Shown: piece after piece, positions 1-13,405 of the stretch
How the letters are laid out: the number at the start of each line of letters is the position of its first letter
Numbering within the stretch: position 1 is the first letter of the stretch
NCBI GenBank assembly: GCA_964567465.1
Contig: CAZMMT010000001.1
Span: 27,794 to 91,793, forward strand
Direction: 5' to 3'
Length of the DNA stretch: 64,000 nucleotides
Source of the DNA: an uncultured Candidatus Izemoplasmatales bacterium
GTDB lineage: Bacteria; Bacillota_I; Bacilli_A; Izemoplasmatales; Hujiaoplasmataceae
Notes under the pieces: model-generated
The model's database searches: none
The model's input: the letters and a program-made list of their open reading frames with translations, nothing else
Told to the model about the DNA's origin: nothing
Made by a program: the position numbers and the translations under genes

Positions 1-233
1 AGCCTTATAATGTCATCTTTTCTCTCTTGTAAAGACTTGCCATACTCATATTCTTTTTGAATAGCTCGTATTTGTTCCTCGTCTAAAGAACCGGTTTTTT
101 CTTTACGGTATCTAGCGATAAAAGGAACCGTATTTCCTTCCTCTAGAAGTTCTAAAACCGTTTCTACTTGTTTAATACTAATACCTTGAGTTTTGGCGAC
201 TTGTTTAATCAGTTCATCATTAATATATTCCAT
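1..233 (-). CDS. tex: Tex-like transcription accessory protein, N-terminal fragment; the gene continues beyond the window start
   Basis: Absent from the ORF track because it runs off the edge. Reverse-strand translation from the ATG at 233-231 gives MEYINDELIKQVAKTQGISIKQVETVLELLEEGNTVPFIARYRKEKTGSLDEEQIRAIQKEY. This includes the conserved Tex/YdcI N-terminal motif TVPFIARYRKE.TG.LDE. Confidence 0.8.
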   Translation of the reverse strand, partial: MEYINDELIKQVAKTQGISIKQVETVLELLEEGNTVPFIARYRKEKTGSLDEEQIRAIQKEYEYGKSLQERKDDIIR

Positions 234-283
234 TTTTGTCTCCTTGTCCTTATGAATATTTTACCATATATTACGAAAAAATG

Positions 284-313
284 CTAAAAAAAAGAGCCTT
301 TGGCAGGCTCTTT
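284..313 (-). terminator. Rho-independent terminator after the thioredoxin-like gene
   Basis: Stem AAAGAGCC (291-298) pairs with GGCTCTTT (306-313). The A-run at 284-293 on the plus strand gives a U-tail on the minus strand. Confidence 0.6.
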
Positions 314-318
314 ATTAG

Positions 319-852
319 TTATTCATTAAATGGTTCGTATGTTCCTTCTTCAATTGATGTTAAAGTATTAATTACAGCGGTTGGTCCAACATGAATTTCT
401 TCAAAGTTACCATTAACTACTACAACAAGCATCGGAGTAGGAATTTGATCTTTTCCAATTGTTTCTAAGAAACTTGTGTAAGCTGGTAAAGTATTGTTTT
501 CGCTATCTTTAGTAGTCAGTGTAGAAGAATTTAGCAAGAAGAATACATTTTCATCTAATTTGTTACCTAATCTTAAAATATCATTCTTGTTTTCTTTACA
601 ACTTAAACATGTGTCTGAATAAACATATATTACATAATCACCAAGTTCAACTTCTGCATCATCTTTCATTTGAAAAACATCTGCGTAATTTTCTACTTGA
701 TCATAACTCTTGTAATCTTGCCATTTTGTAACTGTGTTATAAAGAAATGCTATAGCTACTAGCAGTATAACTGAGACGATTACAACTACAATCGTCTTTA
801 ATAATACCATCTCTGTATTTTGTTTTTTAAATCCCTTTTTATAAGTCGCCAT
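319..852 (-). CDS. Membrane-anchored thioredoxin-fold protein with a CLSC CxxC motif
   Basis: 177 aa. A basic N-terminus and one TM helix (LLKTIVVVIVSVILLVAIAFL) precede a thioredoxin-like core containing YVYSDTCLSCKENK. No specific function can be assigned. Confidence 0.55.
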   Translation of the reverse strand: MATYKKGFKKQNTEMVLLKTIVVVIVSVILLVAIAFLYNTVTKWQDYKSYDQVENYADVFQMKDDAEVELGDYVIYVYSDTCLSCKENKNDILRLGNKLDENVFFLLNSSTLTTKDSENNTLPAYTSFLETIGKDQIPTPMLVVVVNGNFEEIHVGPTAVINTLTSIEEGTYEPFNE

Positions 853-922
853 TTTTTCACCTCAGTATTAACATTTTATCTAATTTTTAGATAATTTGCA
901 ACTATTATTTTATTTTAAATGT

Positions 923-1267
923 CTATTCTAAAGATTCGATTATCGCAAAAGCAACACTATACTCTTTTTCATGTGAAATTGATACTAAAATTCTAAAATT
1001 CTCAAACCTTGGATATTCAACATATGGCCGGTTTAAATTATCATTTAACACGATAATATCTCTCATATAAACTTCTATATCTGCTTGAGAACAAGCTTTA
1101 ATTATCGCTTCTTTTGCTGCAAATCTGCCACATAAGAACTCTAGTTTCCTTTTGTCCAATTTCAATTGAGCAAAAATCTCAAGTTCTTTTTGATTTAGTA
1201 CCCTTTTAGCTATTGATTGTTCTATTCTGATATTTTCTACTATATCAGTGCCTATACCCTTTATCAT
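923..1267 (-). CDS. acpS: Holo-[acyl-carrier-protein] synthase
   Basis: 114 aa. The N-terminal GIGTDIVENIRI motif and the length are typical of AcpS. It overlaps the end of whiA by 4 nt. Confidence 0.85.
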   Translation of the reverse strand: MIKGIGTDIVENIRIEQSIAKRVLNQKELEIFAQLKLDKRKLEFLCGRFAAKEAIIKACSQADIEVYMRDIIVLNDNLNRPYVEYPRFENFRILVSISHEKEYSVAFAIIESLE

Positions 1268-2214
1268 TTTATACCTTCTTCAATCATCACTTTATTTGCT
1301 AAATCCTTTATTGCCCGGAATCGATGATTTAATGCTGATTTAGATATTTGTTCATCAAAATGTTCTACTGAAACATATGATAGTTCAAGTAAAGAAGCTT
1401 CAGGATAAGTTTTCCTTAAAAATATCGCTTCTTGAATGCTCTTAGGTAAATTAGTTTTAGCCTTTTTTTCAATTATATCGATGTATTCAAGTTGCTTGTT
1501 AGCTGCATCCATAGCTTTCTTTTCATTTGCGAGATCACAATTAATTACTCTATTAATTGAATTTTTAAAATCTCGCTTAATCCTTGAATCTTCAAAATCA
1601 AATAATGAATTGTTAGCTCCAATAACCCTTAAGAAGTCTGCAATTTTTTCCGCCTCTTTAACATATGTTATATATCCTCTTTTATTACTTGAGACTTTTG
1701 CATTTAATGCAAATTCATTACATAATTCTTGAATTACCTTGGCTTGCTCTAATGAGTAAGATTGAATTTCCATATGGTATGCACTAGTTTCAGGAGAATT
1801 AATTGAGCCAGAAGCTAAAAAAACGCCTCTTAAATATGCTTTTTTACAGCATTCATCACTAATTAAACGCGCATCTACATCCTGGAAAAAAAGTGAGGAT
1901 TCATTTATTAACGACAAATCACTGATAAGGAAGTTAACCTTTTCAGTGATTTTGGCAACAAACAAATCATGTTTACGCAACTGTTTTACTTGCTTTTTTA
2001 ATATAGTTAATTCGATTTTGTAAAGATCTTTTGTCAAAGTCATAAATCTTCTAATAACTGCATTATTAGTTGTTTGAAAAACTATACTTATGCCTTCTGA
2101 GTTCTTTTCAATCGAGCCATTAATATGTAACATAGCCGATAATTCAGCTTTATTACAACAGCTTAAGTGCTTTAAACTTTGTAGTTCTGTCTTAACTTGT
2201 TGGGAAAAAGACAT
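1264..2214 (-). CDS. whiA: DNA-binding regulator WhiA
   Basis: 316 aa. It starts MSFSQQVKTEL and ends in an HTH-like region (SKSALNHRFRAIKDLA), as in WhiA/YvcL proteins. Confidence 0.85.
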   Translation of the reverse strand: MSFSQQVKTELQSLKHLSCCNKAELSAMLHINGSIEKNSEGISIVFQTTNNAVIRRFMTLTKDLYKIELTILKKQVKQLRKHDLFVAKITEKVNFLISDLSLINESSLFFQDVDARLISDECCKKAYLRGVFLASGSINSPETSAYHMEIQSYSLEQAKVIQELCNEFALNAKVSSNKRGYITYVKEAEKIADFLRVIGANNSLFDFEDSRIKRDFKNSINRVINCDLANEKKAMDAANKQLEYIDIIEKKAKTNLPKSIQEAIFLRKTYPEASLLELSYVSVEHFDEQISKSALNHRFRAIKDLANKVMIEEGIK

Positions 2215-2232
2215 CTAAATCACTCCTATTTT

Positions 2233-3459
2233 TTAAAACCAACTACCCTCAACAGTGGAATAGTCCATACCCTTGCGCCTAATTCTTATGTAAACAGATA
2301 ATGCAACTCCTGCTAATATCATCAAAGTGGATGTTACAATAGCTGATTTCAATGTCATACCGAATATTTCAAACACTAATGGATCGGTTCTCATTGTTTC
2401 AATAAATATTCTTACTCCACCATACCAAACTAAATAGAATGCTAATAATTCGCCAAAGTGAATCTTCTTATATCTTCTAAGAACCAACATGATAACAAAG
2501 CCTAAAATGTTCAGTGTAGACTCATAAAAGAATGTTGGATGATAATATCCCGTGAAAGGTTCAACCGCATAAGAATGAAGCCCTTCTTGGATATACATAT
2601 TGTTTACTATAAATTCTGGAATGTGAAGTGTATATCTTAGGTAATTAAATTGTTGATCAACAGACAAGTTCATTGTACCATTGACGGCGCCGCCTACGAT
2701 ACCACCATGAGCTTCTTGATTGAAGAAATTACCCCAACGACCAAAAGCTTGTGCAATAATAAAGCCGACTGCAATAATATCAAATACTTTATAAATGTCC
2801 ATCTTTCTTTTTCTAGTATAAAAATAAGCACAAATTACTGCAGTAATAAAGGCCCCATGAATCGCAAGTCCTGATAAACCAAAAGTTGAAAAATCTAATG
2901 TTCCGCTTGAAAAACCAATCATTCTCAAGAGTGAAGGGAAAAATCCTCCGCCAACAAATTGGTCAAGTTCAAATATTACATACCATAATCTAGCGCCAAT
3001 AATTGATATCGGAACAATCCATAAGAATCCATCGATTAAATCATCTTTCTTCAAACCAATTCTTTTTGTTTCTCTAAGCCCTATACCTAAAGCTACAAAA
3101 ATACCTGTCATTATGAAAAAAGAATAAAAATAAATAGATCTGCCGAATACAGTAACTAGTCTATTATCAAGTGTATATATCGGTTTAATTACAGTATCTT
3201 TATCAATTTCATCAAAATTGCTTTCCAAAACTGACCATCTAGTAAAATACCTTTGACCTATGTCTTCTGGGGATTGTGGCGGCGTTATATTACATTCGCT
3301 GACGCCATCACAATTTATTTCTTTTAAAATATTCCCATCATAATCAACAAAAGTTATCTTATAAGGTTCATCATTTTCAATATTATTTTGACATCCGGAT
3401 AGATTTAATAAAATCACCCCAAAAAATATAAAATATATAATGATTCTAATCTTCTTCAT
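2233..3459 (-). CDS. lgt: Prolipoprotein diacylglyceryl transferase fused to an N-terminal lipobox signal peptide and a B-repeat-like extracellular domain
   Basis: The Lgt signature GRWGNFFNQEAHGG sits in a polytopic membrane core. The N-terminus MKKIRIIIYFIFFGVILLNLSGC carries the lipobox LSGC and is followed by YKITFVDYDGNILKE...YFTRWSV. The ATG at 3459 is preferred over 3465 because the RBS AGGAGA lies 6 nt upstream. Confidence 0.85.
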   Translation of the reverse strand: MKKIRIIIYFIFFGVILLNLSGCQNNIENDEPYKITFVDYDGNILKEINCDGVSECNITPPQSPEDIGQRYFTRWSVLESNFDEIDKDTVIKPIYTLDNRLVTVFGRSIYFYSFFIMTGIFVALGIGLRETKRIGLKKDDLIDGFLWIVPISIIGARLWYVIFELDQFVGGGFFPSLLRMIGFSSGTLDFSTFGLSGLAIHGAFITAVICAYFYTRKRKMDIYKVFDIIAVGFIIAQAFGRWGNFFNQEAHGGIVGGAVNGTMNLSVDQQFNYLRYTLHIPEFIVNNMYIQEGLHSYAVEPFTGYYHPTFFYESTLNILGFVIMLVLRRYKKIHFGELLAFYLVWYGGVRIFIETMRTDPLVFEIFGMTLKSAIVTSTLMILAGVALSVYIRIRRKGMDYSTVEGSWF

Positions 3460-4393
3460 TGTCATTCTCCTGGTTTAATTTAATATGGTCGTTCAACTTC
3501 TTATTAAATTCTTCAGCTGAATTATACCCCAAATTTTTAGATTTATAATCAAACGCCGCTGCCTCTACTAAAGTAGCTGCGTTACGTGCCTCAGTAATTG
3601 GTAAAGCTGCATATGATACATAAGTATCGAATATTTTTCTTCTATCCGCTTTTAATCCTAAGCGATCATAGTTTTGACTATCATCATTCCATTTTTGTAA
3701 CTCAACAATTAAAGATATTCTTTTCTTTTCTCTGTAAGACTTAACGCCATACAAATAAACTACATTAACAACCCCGACTCCACGAATCTCTAAATATTTT
3801 TTCAAAACATTCGGAGCTTCTCCGACAAGCATACCCTTTTCTACTTGATAAATTTCTACAGTATCATCAGCTACCAAGATATAGCCTCGCCTTATAAGTT
3901 CTAACGCAACTTCACTTTTACCAAGACCACTTTTACCTGTCATTAAGACACCAACACCATTAATATCTAGCAAAACACCATGCATAGTTGTTCTTTCCGC
4001 TAAAGCTGCTTGTAAGAATGAATACAGTTCGCTAACAAGCGATGTAGTTTTATAAAAACTTTTTAATATTGGGATATTATAGATGTCGCCATAATGAATA
4101 AAAACTTCAGGCACATCTACATTCTTAGTGAATATAAAGGCTGGAGCGTCCTTTTCAAAAAGAGCTTTAATTCTTTCTTCTTGAAGTTCCGTCTCCAAAG
4201 AATGAAAGAAAGCGGCTTCTTTAGAGCCCATAATTTGGATTCTGTCATTCTCATAGAACTCTAACATCCCAGCTAATTCAATACCGGGCTTAACTAAGGC
4301 CGGATTGAATACTTTTCGGCTAACTCCTTCATGACCAGCTAAAAGTTCTAATCTTAACCCTTCAATAACTTCTTTAATTGTTACTGATGTCAT
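3446..4393 (-). CDS. hprK: HPr kinase/phosphorylase
   Basis: P-loop GKSGLGKSE with the overall HprK pattern (LEIRGVG). The ATG at 4393 has the RBS GAAGGTGA 5 nt upstream and is preferred over the track's GTG at 4402. Its 3' end overlaps the lgt start by 14 nt (20 nt with the ORF-track ATG at 3465). Confidence 0.9.
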   Translation of the reverse strand: MTSVTIKEVIEGLRLELLAGHEGVSRKVFNPALVKPGIELAGMLEFYENDRIQIMGSKEAAFFHSLETELQEERIKALFEKDAPAFIFTKNVDVPEVFIHYGDIYNIPILKSFYKTTSLVSELYSFLQAALAERTTMHGVLLDINGVGVLMTGKSGLGKSEVALELIRRGYILVADDTVEIYQVEKGMLVGEAPNVLKKYLEIRGVGVVNVVYLYGVKSYREKKRISLIVELQKWNDDSQNYDRLGLKADRRKIFDTYVSYAALPITEARNAATLVEAAAFDYKSKNLGYNSAEEFNKKLNDHIKLNQENDNEED

Positions 4394-4398
4394 ACAAT

Positions 4399-4959
4399 TC
4401 ACCTTCTTCGTCTTAATCTCTTTAAATTAATTTGCTTAACGATTCTTATGTAGATGATTTTAATTATTGTTCTTACAAAATGTAAAAACATAACAAATAT
4501 TATCGGATCCCAATGACTATTAAAATAAAATTGATCTCTAAAAATTACTAAATCTATAAAATATAATAAAATTAAGTTCATCAAAAAGAAAATCAAACCC
4601 GAAGAAAACACTACGACTGACATGAAATTTTTGACTAAATATCTTCTTAATAATTCTTCATAAAACGTTAATATTAAAGCTATCAAAACAATATAAATCG
4701 GATCTGCAATATAAGCAAAATTAATCAAGTTAAACAAAACAAAAATTATGAGAAAATTAACCACAAAACTAAGAAGCAAATTTACAAAGATGTTCCTTGA
4801 GTATTCCATACCAAGGTTGATTTTAATTACAACAGGTCCTCTAGGGCCTAAATTCTTCTTTTGTTTTTGCTTTTCTTCTTCGTTTTGTTTACGAACTTGC
4901 TCAATCAGTTTTTCTAATTCTTCAATTTCTTTTCTTATATCTTTATCGTCTTTATCCAT
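4399..4959 (-). CDS. Membrane protein of unknown function with a charged coiled-coil N-terminus and about 4 TM helices
   Basis: 186 aa. The N-terminus MDKDDKDIRKEIEELEKLIEQVRKQNEEEKQKQKK is followed by hydrophobic segments and a C-terminal RLRRRR. Its TGA stop lies 5 nt before the hprK ATG. I do not recognise the family. Confidence 0.5.
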   Translation of the reverse strand: MDKDDKDIRKEIEELEKLIEQVRKQNEEEKQKQKKNLGPRGPVVIKINLGMEYSRNIFVNLLLSFVVNFLIIFVLFNLINFAYIADPIYIVLIALILTFYEELLRRYLVKNFMSVVVFSSGLIFFLMNLILLYFIDLVIFRDQFYFNSHWDPIIFVMFLHFVRTIIKIIYIRIVKQINLKRLRRRR

Positions 4960-5028
4960 AGTAAAATCCCTTGATTATTTAATACAACTATAATATCATA
5001 ATTAACTCAAAATTACGAGATATTATCC

Positions 5029-7839
5029 TTATGCCTTTAATATTTCCTTTAAATATTGACCTGTATAAGATTTTTTATTTTTAATGACTTCTTCCGGCGT
5101 TCCTAAAGCGATTATTTCTCCGCCTCTATCTCCGCCTTCTGGTCCTAAATCAATGATATGGTCGGCAACTTTAATTACGTCTAAATTATGCTCAATCAAT
5201 ATAACAGTAGCTCCTTTATCGACAATATCATTCAAAACTTCAATCAACTTTTTAATATCATGTGTGTGTAATCCTGTAGTCGGTTCATCTAAAATATAAA
5301 TCGAATGATTAGAAATCTTCTTATATAGTTCACTAGCGAGTTTAACTCTTTGTGCTTCACCACCAGATAGTGTTGTCGAAGACTGTCCTAGTTGTATATA
5401 TCCTAACCCCACATCATTAATGGTTTTTAAACGATTATAGATTTTCGGAAGGTTTTCAAAGAATTTTAAACTTTCCTCTACTCGCATATTCAACACGTCA
5501 GCTATAGTTTTACCTTTATATTTAACTTGCAATGTTTCTTTATTATATCTCTTACCATGGCATTCTTCACATTCCACATATAAATCTGGCATAAAGTGCA
5601 TTTCGATTTTTATAACGCCATCTCCTTGGCAATGTTCACATCTTCCGCCTTTAACGTTGAAAGAAAATCTCCCTTTATCATAACCTCTAAGCTTCGCTTC
5701 TTTTGTTCTTGCGAAAAGGTCGCGAATATGGTCAAAAACTCCAGTATAGGTAGCCGGATTAGATCTAGGGGTTCTACCAATAGCAGACTGATCTATATCA
5801 ATTATTTTATCGAATATTTGATAATTCTCAATTCTTTCTACTTTTCCAGCAGTTTCATTTCTTCTCGTAATCAAATTTGCTAAATTAGTATATAAAACAT
5901 CATTAACTAACGATGATTTCCCAGAACCTGAAACTCCAGTAACAACAGTAAAACATCCGATTGGAAAATCGACAGAAATATTTTTTAGGTTATTTTGAGA
6001 GGCTTTTTCAACCCTTAAATATCCATTATTATGTTCTCTTCTTTTTTTAGGAATCGGTATTTTATACTCGCCTCTTAAATACTTAGCGGTAATTGACTTT
6101 TCATCTTTTAATAACTCTGCAGGGGTTCCAACAAAAACAACTTCGCCTCCGTGATCACCTGCTCCTGGCCCAATATCAACAACTAAGTCACTATCCATAA
6201 TCATTTCATGGTCATGTTCAACAACAATCATTGTATTTCCTAAATCACGCATATCTTTTAATGTATTTATAAGTCTTCGATTATCTCTTTGGTGAAGGCC
6301 AATTGAAGGTTCATCCAAAACATACAAAACTCCAGTTAATCTAGAACCTATTTGTGTTGCTAATCTTATTCTTTGGGCTTCACCACCAGACAAAGTACCA
6401 GCAAGTCTTGATAATGACAAATAATCTAGTCCCACATTAATTAAAAATCCTAACCGAGCCTTCATTTCCTTAATAATTGGTTTAGCAATCTCAAATTCTT
6501 TTTCCGTTAAATTGATATTATTTAAGAAATCCACTAAGTGCAAAATACTTAATTCGGATATTTCATAGATATTCAATCCGTCTACATAGACAGATAAGGC
6601 TTCTTGATTGAGTTTTTTTCCATGGCAAACATCACACGGAATATCATTCATCATTGACTCAATCCAATTTCTAACAGCTTTAGATGTAGAACTTAAATAT
6701 CTTCTTTCTAAACTTGTAACAACACCTTCAAAAGGCCTTTTTGCATTGTGATACATGTTACCAGTTCTTGAAATATAACGGAAATTAATAAGTTCATTAG
6801 TACCGTATAAAATAACATTCTTTTGTTTTTCGGTCAAATCTCTAAATGGTTTATCTAAAGGTATATCCAAAGCGATAGCTGTTTGTTCAATTTGTTGATA
6901 ATAAAGCGAATCCATATTTGCATATTTTCTAAAGACATTTTCTCTTAAACTTAATCCTTGATCTGGCAATAAGATATTTGGATCAACTTTTCGTTTAAAT
7001 CCTAATCCCGCACAAGTTTCGCAAGCTCCGTAAGGAGCGTTAAAAGAAAATAGTCTCGGTTCTAATTCCGGTACTGTAAATCCACAAATAGGACAAGCGA
7101 AATGTTCGCTGAATAATTGTTCCTCGCCATTAATTAAAACTTTTACATGTCCTTCTCCAAGTTTCGATGCTACTTCTAACGAGTCATATAATCTTGATGT
7201 TGCACTCTCTTTAACGATGATTCTATCAATCACAACATCGATATCATACCTTAGATTCTTCTCTAATTTAATATCTTCATCTAACTCATGTTCTTCTTTA
7301 TTAATCCTTACTCTTGTATATCCATCTTTTCGTAAATTCTCAATAATATTTTTATGCGTACCCTTCTTTCCTCTTACAATTGGGGCTAAAATAACAAGCT
7401 TTTGACCATCGTTCTCTAAAACTTTATTAGTCATCTCTTGTATCGTTTGAGATTTTATTTCAATTTTATGAGTAGGACAATATACTCTACCAATTCTTGC
7501 AAAAAGCAATCTAACATAGTCATATATTTCCGTAACTGTTCCTACAGTGGACCTTGGATTGTTAGATGTGGTTTTTTGATCTATCGATATCGCTGGAGAT
7601 AAACCTTCAATAACATCAACATCCGGTTTTTCCATATTTCCAAGAAATTGTCTTGCGTAAGAACTCAAAGATTCGACGTATCTTCTTCTTCCTTCTTCAT
7701 ATATAGTATCAAATGCCAAACTGGTCTTTCCTGAACCGGAAAGACCTGTCATAACAATTAATTGATTTTTTTTAAACTCAAGGTCTATTGATTTTAAATT
7801 ATTCTCTCTAGCACCCTTTATAGTAATATAATCACTCAA
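5029..7839 (-). CDS. uvrA: Excinuclease ABC subunit A
   Basis: 936 aa. It has two ABC ATPase modules (GLSGSGKTS and GVSGSGKSS, each with LSGGE signatures) and zinc-finger CxxC pairs. Confidence 0.95.
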   Translation of the reverse strand: MSDYITIKGARENNLKSIDLEFKKNQLIVMTGLSGSGKTSLAFDTIYEEGRRRYVESLSSYARQFLGNMEKPDVDVIEGLSPAISIDQKTTSNNPRSTVGTVTEIYDYVRLLFARIGRVYCPTHKIEIKSQTIQEMTNKVLENDGQKLVILAPIVRGKKGTHKNIIENLRKDGYTRVRINKEEHELDEDIKLEKNLRYDIDVVIDRIIVKESATSRLYDSLEVASKLGEGHVKVLINGEEQLFSEHFACPICGFTVPELEPRLFSFNAPYGACETCAGLGFKRKVDPNILLPDQGLSLRENVFRKYANMDSLYYQQIEQTAIALDIPLDKPFRDLTEKQKNVILYGTNELINFRYISRTGNMYHNAKRPFEGVVTSLERRYLSSTSKAVRNWIESMMNDIPCDVCHGKKLNQEALSVYVDGLNIYEISELSILHLVDFLNNINLTEKEFEIAKPIIKEMKARLGFLINVGLDYLSLSRLAGTLSGGEAQRIRLATQIGSRLTGVLYVLDEPSIGLHQRDNRRLINTLKDMRDLGNTMIVVEHDHEMIMDSDLVVDIGPGAGDHGGEVVFVGTPAELLKDEKSITAKYLRGEYKIPIPKKRREHNNGYLRVEKASQNNLKNISVDFPIGCFTVVTGVSGSGKSSLVNDVLYTNLANLITRRNETAGKVERIENYQIFDKIIDIDQSAIGRTPRSNPATYTGVFDHIRDLFARTKEAKLRGYDKGRFSFNVKGGRCEHCQGDGVIKIEMHFMPDLYVECEECHGKRYNKETLQVKYKGKTIADVLNMRVEESLKFFENLPKIYNRLKTINDVGLGYIQLGQSSTTLSGGEAQRVKLASELYKKISNHSIYILDEPTTGLHTHDIKKLIEVLNDIVDKGATVILIEHNLDVIKVADHIIDLGPEGGDRGGEIIALGTPEEVIKNKKSYTGQYLKEILKA

Positions 7840-7843
7840 ATTA

Positions 7844-12015
<4,172 letters not shown>

Positions 12016-12106
12016 GTTATCACCTTTAAATATTATATCATAATCTTGCAGATATAATAATATATATGAACGATATTTCTCGGAAAGCATCTACTGAGCA
12101 TATGCT

Positions 12107-12135
12107 TTGAAATACATCGAGATTTGTGAGATAAT
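12107..12135 (+). promoter_or_regulatory. Sigma-A type promoter of sodA
   Basis: -35 TTGAAA (12107-12112), a 17-nt spacer and an extended -10 TGAGATAAT (12127-12135), 36 nt before the sodA ATG. Confidence 0.55.
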
Positions 12136-12170
12136 TAGGGTACAAACAAATACGAAGGAGTGATTTTATA

Positions 12171-12779
12171 ATGAAACACATTTTACCAGAACTATCTTAT
12201 AAATACGATGCATTGGAACCTTATATCGATGCAAAAACTATGGAAATTCATCATACCAAACATCATCAAGGCTACATAACAAAATATGTTAATGCCCTTG
12301 AAGGACATAACGAATTACTAAACAAAGATGTTGAAGAGGTTCTAAAAAACATTAATTTAGTACCAGAAAAAATTCGCCAAGCTGTAATAAACAATGGTGG
12401 CGGCTACTTTAATCACAGACTTTTCTGGGAGATTATGTCACCTGAAAAAACTGCTATGAGCGAAAAGTTAGAAAAAGCAATTAACAAAGACTTTGGATCA
12501 GTTGAAAAATTCAAAGAAGAATTCTCAAATGCTGCAGCTACTAGATTCGGTAGTGGATGGGCATGGTTAGTAGTTAATAAAGACGGAAAACTAATCGTCA
12601 CATCAACAGCTAATCAAGACGCACCTTTTGATAAAGGAAATCCAATTTTAGGATTAGATGTCTGGGAACACGCATATTATCTTAATTATCAAAACAGAAG
12701 ACCAGATTATATTGAAAATTTCTGGAATGTAGTTAACTGGAAAAAAGTATCAGATAATTTTGATAAAGAATGTAAATAA
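12171..12779 (+). CDS. sodA: Mn/Fe superoxide dismutase
   Basis: 202 aa. [28 protein letters not shown] and DVWEHAYYL are canonical Fe/Mn-SOD motifs. Confidence 0.95.
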   Translation: MKHILPELSYKYDALEPYIDAKTMEIHHTKHHQGYITKYVNALEGHNELLNKDVEEVLKNINLVPEKIRQAVINNGGGYFNHRLFWEIMSPEKTAMSEKLEKAINKDFGSVEKFKEEFSNAAATRFGSGWAWLVVNKDGKLIVTSTANQDAPFDKGNPILGLDVWEHAYYLNYQNRRPDYIENFWNVVNWKKVSDNFDKECK

Positions 12780-12788
12780 GTATATATT

Positions 12789-12811
12789 AAAACGCCCTAT
12801 GGCGTTTTTTT
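12789..12811 (+). terminator. Rho-independent terminator of sodA
   Basis: AAAACGCC-ctat-GGCGTTTT hairpin followed by a T-run. Confidence 0.8.
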
Positions 12812-12842
12812 ATTGCCTTTATTTCAGTAAAAATAATAAAAG

Positions 12843-12851
12843 TGATATAAT
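12843..12851 (+). promoter_or_regulatory. Extended -10 promoter element for pncA-pncB
   Basis: TGATATAAT, 27 nt upstream of the pncA ATG. Confidence 0.45.
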
Positions 12852-12877
12852 AATTACAGAAACTATTGAGGTGAGTT

Positions 12878-13405
12878 ATGAAAAAATTATTAATAGTTGT
12901 AGATTATCAAAATGATTTTATTGATGGCAGTTTAGGTTTTGAGTCTGCTATCAATATTAAAGATAACATAATCAAAAAGATTATTGATTATAGGAAAGAA
13001 AATAATGATATAATCTTTACTATGGACACACACTCAGATGACTATCTAGAAACTGAAGAAGGAAGAAATTTAAATATTAAACATTGTATTAAAAACACCA
13101 AAGGTCATCAAATTCAATCTGATGTAAATGCTTTAAAAAGCCCAAAAGATAAGGTTTTTGAAAAACACACCTTCCCGTCCTTAGAGTTAGGAAAATATCT
13201 AGAAAACAAAAACTATGACCAAATAGAACTATGTGGTTTAGTGTCAAATATCTGTGTAATAAGTAATGCCATAATCGTAAAGAGCGCAGTTCCTAATGCT
13301 CATATTATAGTTGACGCTTTAGCAACTGACTCATATGATAAAGATTTACATAATAAAACTATGGATGTACTTGAAGGACTCCATATAGAAGTGGTGAACA
13401 AATGA
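12878..13405 (+). CDS. pncA: Nicotinamidase, isochorismatase family
   Basis: 175 aa. LLIVVDYQNDF and the catalytic Cys context (LCGLVSNICV) fit the family. It overlaps pncB by 4 nt. Confidence 0.8.
   Translation: MKKLLIVVDYQNDFIDGSLGFESAINIKDNIIKKIIDYRKENNDIIFTMDTHSDDYLETEEGRNLNIKHCIKNTKGHQIQSDVNALKSPKDKVFEKHTFPSLELGKYLENKNYDQIELCGLVSNICVISNAIIVKSAVPNAHIIVDALATDSYDKDLHNKTMDVLEGLHIEVVNK

Noticed and set aside
12016-12090. 25-codon N-terminal extension of pcrA implied by the ORF-track ATG at 12090
   Set aside because: The extension (MLSEKYRSYILLYLQDYDIIFKGDN) is low-complexity, has no RBS and is absent from PcrA proteins that I know. An in-frame GTG at 12015 has a well-spaced AAAGGTG RBS.
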